Sequence record: MN850637.1
Reading direction: 5' to 3' (one strand)
Source: Escherichia phage warpig
DNA: 64,000 nt
The position numbers and the translations under genes are program-made. A model generated the notes under the pieces. It worked only from the letters and a program-made list of their open reading frames with translations, did no database searches and was not told where the DNA came from. Below are positions 62,071-64,000 of the stretch, piece by piece. Every line of letters starts with the position of its first letter. Positions within the stretch are counted from its first letter, which is position 1.

Positions 62071-62586
62071 TTACTTAACCTCAAAAACTGGCTCAAGAAC
62101 CAATATAAAGTCTACACAGTCATCTTCTTCATCCAGAATACCATCAAAGTTCTTAGGAACGAAGTCGAAGAGGCTCATAACAAAACAGTCAGAAGTGACC
62201 TTGATAGTTCCTCCCATGTTCTCTACAGTCAACACTGTACGACTTTCTTTTACCTCCCTCAGAAGATTACCCACAAAGTCATCTAAGAAGTACTTCATCA
62301 GTGACTTAAACCCTTTAGGGTAGTCTGTACCAGAGTATGTTTCAATCTGCGGTACAAGTTTAACATTTATACTAGTCTTTGTTAAGAACGTGTTAGAGAA
62401 CATGCTATCAGGTAACTTACAAACAGTCTTTCCAGTACCTTCATGCTCAATCTCAACAAAACCAGCTTCATCGCCACATGTAACTATTTTAAAAGATGCT
62501 TCATTCTCATACTGTGAAGCCATAAACTTTTTAAGCATCTCTTTAAGGAAATCTGCATGAGCATCTTGTAAGAAGATATCAATCAT
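62071..62586 (-). CDS. hypothetical protein
   Basis: 171 aa. Confidence 0.45.
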   Translation of the reverse strand: MIDIFLQDAHADFLKEMLKKFMASQYENEASFKIVTCGDEAGFVEIEHEGTGKTVCKLPDSMFSNTFLTKTSINVKLVPQIETYSGTDYPKGFKSLMKYFLDDFVGNLLREVKESRTVLTVENMGGTIKVTSDCFVMSLFDFVPKNFDGILDEEDDCVDFILVLEPVFEVK

Positions 62587-62599
62587 AGTTAATCACCTA

Positions 62600-62959
62600 T
62601 TATGGGAACAAGCACTTAATGTCATCGTTTTTGAAAACGAAACTTGTGTAATTGTGACCATCAACGTCCAGCCAAACAGCCTGAACATCTACACCATCAA
62701 GGTTGTTGTAAAGCTCTTTGATGAAGTGGTCTTTTACAATCTGACTGCTAGTTGTTTCCAACTTAATGTTCGAGATTGCTGAACCTACAGCCATATAGCC
62801 CATGACACGTTTCTTCTCAGTATGCTTAATCTTACCATCTTTGTAAGCCATAATGAGATTGGAAAGAATCTTTACACCATAATACTTCTCAAGGTGAGTA
62901 GGTACACCATAAAAGCCTAATGCAAAGTTTTCAGAGTGGATAATGTTTTCACGTTTCAT
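62600..62959 (-). CDS. hypothetical protein
   Basis: 119 aa. Confidence 0.45.
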   Translation of the reverse strand: MKRENIIHSENFALGFYGVPTHLEKYYGVKILSNLIMAYKDGKIKHTEKKRVMGYMAVGSAISNIKLETTSSQIVKDHFIKELYNNLDGVDVQAVWLDVDGHNYTSFVFKNDDIKCLFP

Positions 62960-62960
62960 A

Positions 62961-63290
62961 TTAATCTGCCAACCTTAAATTAAAATTAACACCAAATTTT
63001 TCACAGACTCCCAACATATACTCAAGAGAGACATTCCCAGTGAGGTGGATTATGTTGGATACACGAGCTTGAGAGATACCACAAATTTTAGCAACTTGCT
63101 CTTGAGAAAGACCTCTGGATTTAATCTCTCTCTTAAAACGATGTGCAACGAAATCTCTCATTTCGTCTACATCCATTGGACAAATATAACTCCCCATTTC
63201 AGCCTCTCTATCAGCCTCCCAATCATCTTGTGGAGCATAAGGGTCAAAAACCTCATTCATCTTTCTTCTTCCGTTTGCGTGAAGTGTCAA
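62961..63290 (-). CDS. helix-turn-helix (XRE/Cro-type) DNA-binding protein
   Basis: 109 aa; HTH LSQEQVAKICGISQARVSNI. Confidence 0.5.
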   Translation of the reverse strand: MTLHANGRRKMNEVFDPYAPQDDWEADREAEMGSYICPMDVDEMRDFVAHRFKREIKSRGLSQEQVAKICGISQARVSNIIHLTGNVSLEYMLGVCEKFGVNFNLRLAD

Positions 63291-63465
63291 TCAATGAATC
63301 TATGTTTGTAGCCCTAACCTTTTCACGTTCATCGTTAAGATAATCATCAAGAGCCTTTTCAATCTGTGAATCATCTTGACAGATAACTGTAAAGACTGTA
63401 AAGCCATCTGTATCGTCAATTATCTTACCATAACCGCTTCTGGGATGTAACTTTTTAAGAGCCAT
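63253..63465 (-). CDS. hypothetical protein
   Basis: 70 aa. Confidence 0.35.
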   Translation of the reverse strand: MALKKLHPRSGYGKIIDDTDGFTVFTVICQDDSQIEKALDDYLNDEREKVRATNIDSLIDTSRKRKKKDE

Positions 63466-63466
63466 A

Positions 63467-63850
63467 TCAAATACCTGTGCAGCTTCTGTTTTCTAAGAAA
63501 TACTCAACACCGTACATAGCTTTTTGCATCAAATCTTCTTTAAACTGGATACGGTGGTTGAGCATCGCCTGTACATCAATATCATCATGGTGTTTCTCTT
63601 TAATGTTTGCAGATTGCAGGAAATACTCTGCAAGAACGCGATATTGATAGTCAGTTACCTTATCAGTCATCTCTGTCAAAGACTCTTCAGAGATTGGTTT
63701 AAGTAGCTCACCATTAGCTAGAGCAACACCTTTAACAATCTGGCAAGTGTCTTCTGGAACACCTGATAAGTCCACATTTGGGAGTTCTGTTGCATTGACT
63801 GGTAAATTCATTGCCATAACCATTGCAGCAGCTAATAAAATCTTTTTCAT
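63467..63850 (-). CDS. secreted/periplasmic protein (hypothetical)
   Basis: 127 aa; signal peptide MKKILLAAAMVMAMNLPVNA. Confidence 0.45.
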   Translation of the reverse strand: MKKILLAAAMVMAMNLPVNATELPNVDLSGVPEDTCQIVKGVALANGELLKPISEESLTEMTDKVTDYQYRVLAEYFLQSANIKEKHHDDIDVQAMLNHRIQFKEDLMQKAMYGVEYFLENRSCTGI

Positions 63851-64000
63851 AATGACCTCAAAGTTATATTAAATTTTGTATTACATTGAGTATAAAAATA
63901 AGCTATAACACCTGACTTGTCAACAGATTTTATAGCTTATTTGGCAGATTTTTTATAAGGCTACTGCCATCCTTCCATACCTTACCACACCAAACCACAC

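Overview
This window reads as a contiguous piece of a virulent, tRNA-rich myovirus genome (about 39-40% GC by eye), with an architecture resembling Felix O1-like phages; that attribution is inference from gene content, not a database match. Layout: (1) 1-14.4 kb, + strand early/metabolic genes: NrdG, an HNH endonuclease, an adjacent PRPP-synthetase-like plus NAMPT-like pair, rIIA/rIIB, a secreted SLT-domain protein, a HAD-like hydrolase, an overlapping membrane-protein/lipoprotein pair and a macro-domain protein. (2) 14.4-20.9 kb: an array of 14 small ORFs, each behind one of two conserved promoter/leader cassettes. (3) 20.9-22.4 kb: an ORF-free stretch packed with short YTGTTAR iterons between convergent terminators. 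(4) 22.5-29.4 kb, - strand: small genes including a GH24 endolysin and two Ig-domain paralogues. (5) 29.7-31.5 kb: a vWA/MIDAS protein. (6) 31.7-36.4 kb: a cluster of about 22-24 tRNA genes interrupted by an HNH endonuclease gene and a membrane-protein gene. (7) 36.6-60.3 kb: terminase, portal, protease/scaffold, decoration-like and major capsid proteins, then a P2/Mu-like contractile tail, baseplate and two tail fibres. (8) 60.4-63.9 kb, - strand: thymidylate synthase, DHFR, an HTH regulator and small genes. The strongest candidates for a defence-countering system are the NAD+-reconstitution-type two-gene cassette, the macro-domain protein and the modular small-gene array. All coordinates come from reading the sequence by hand; tRNA isotypes and promoter elements are tentative.
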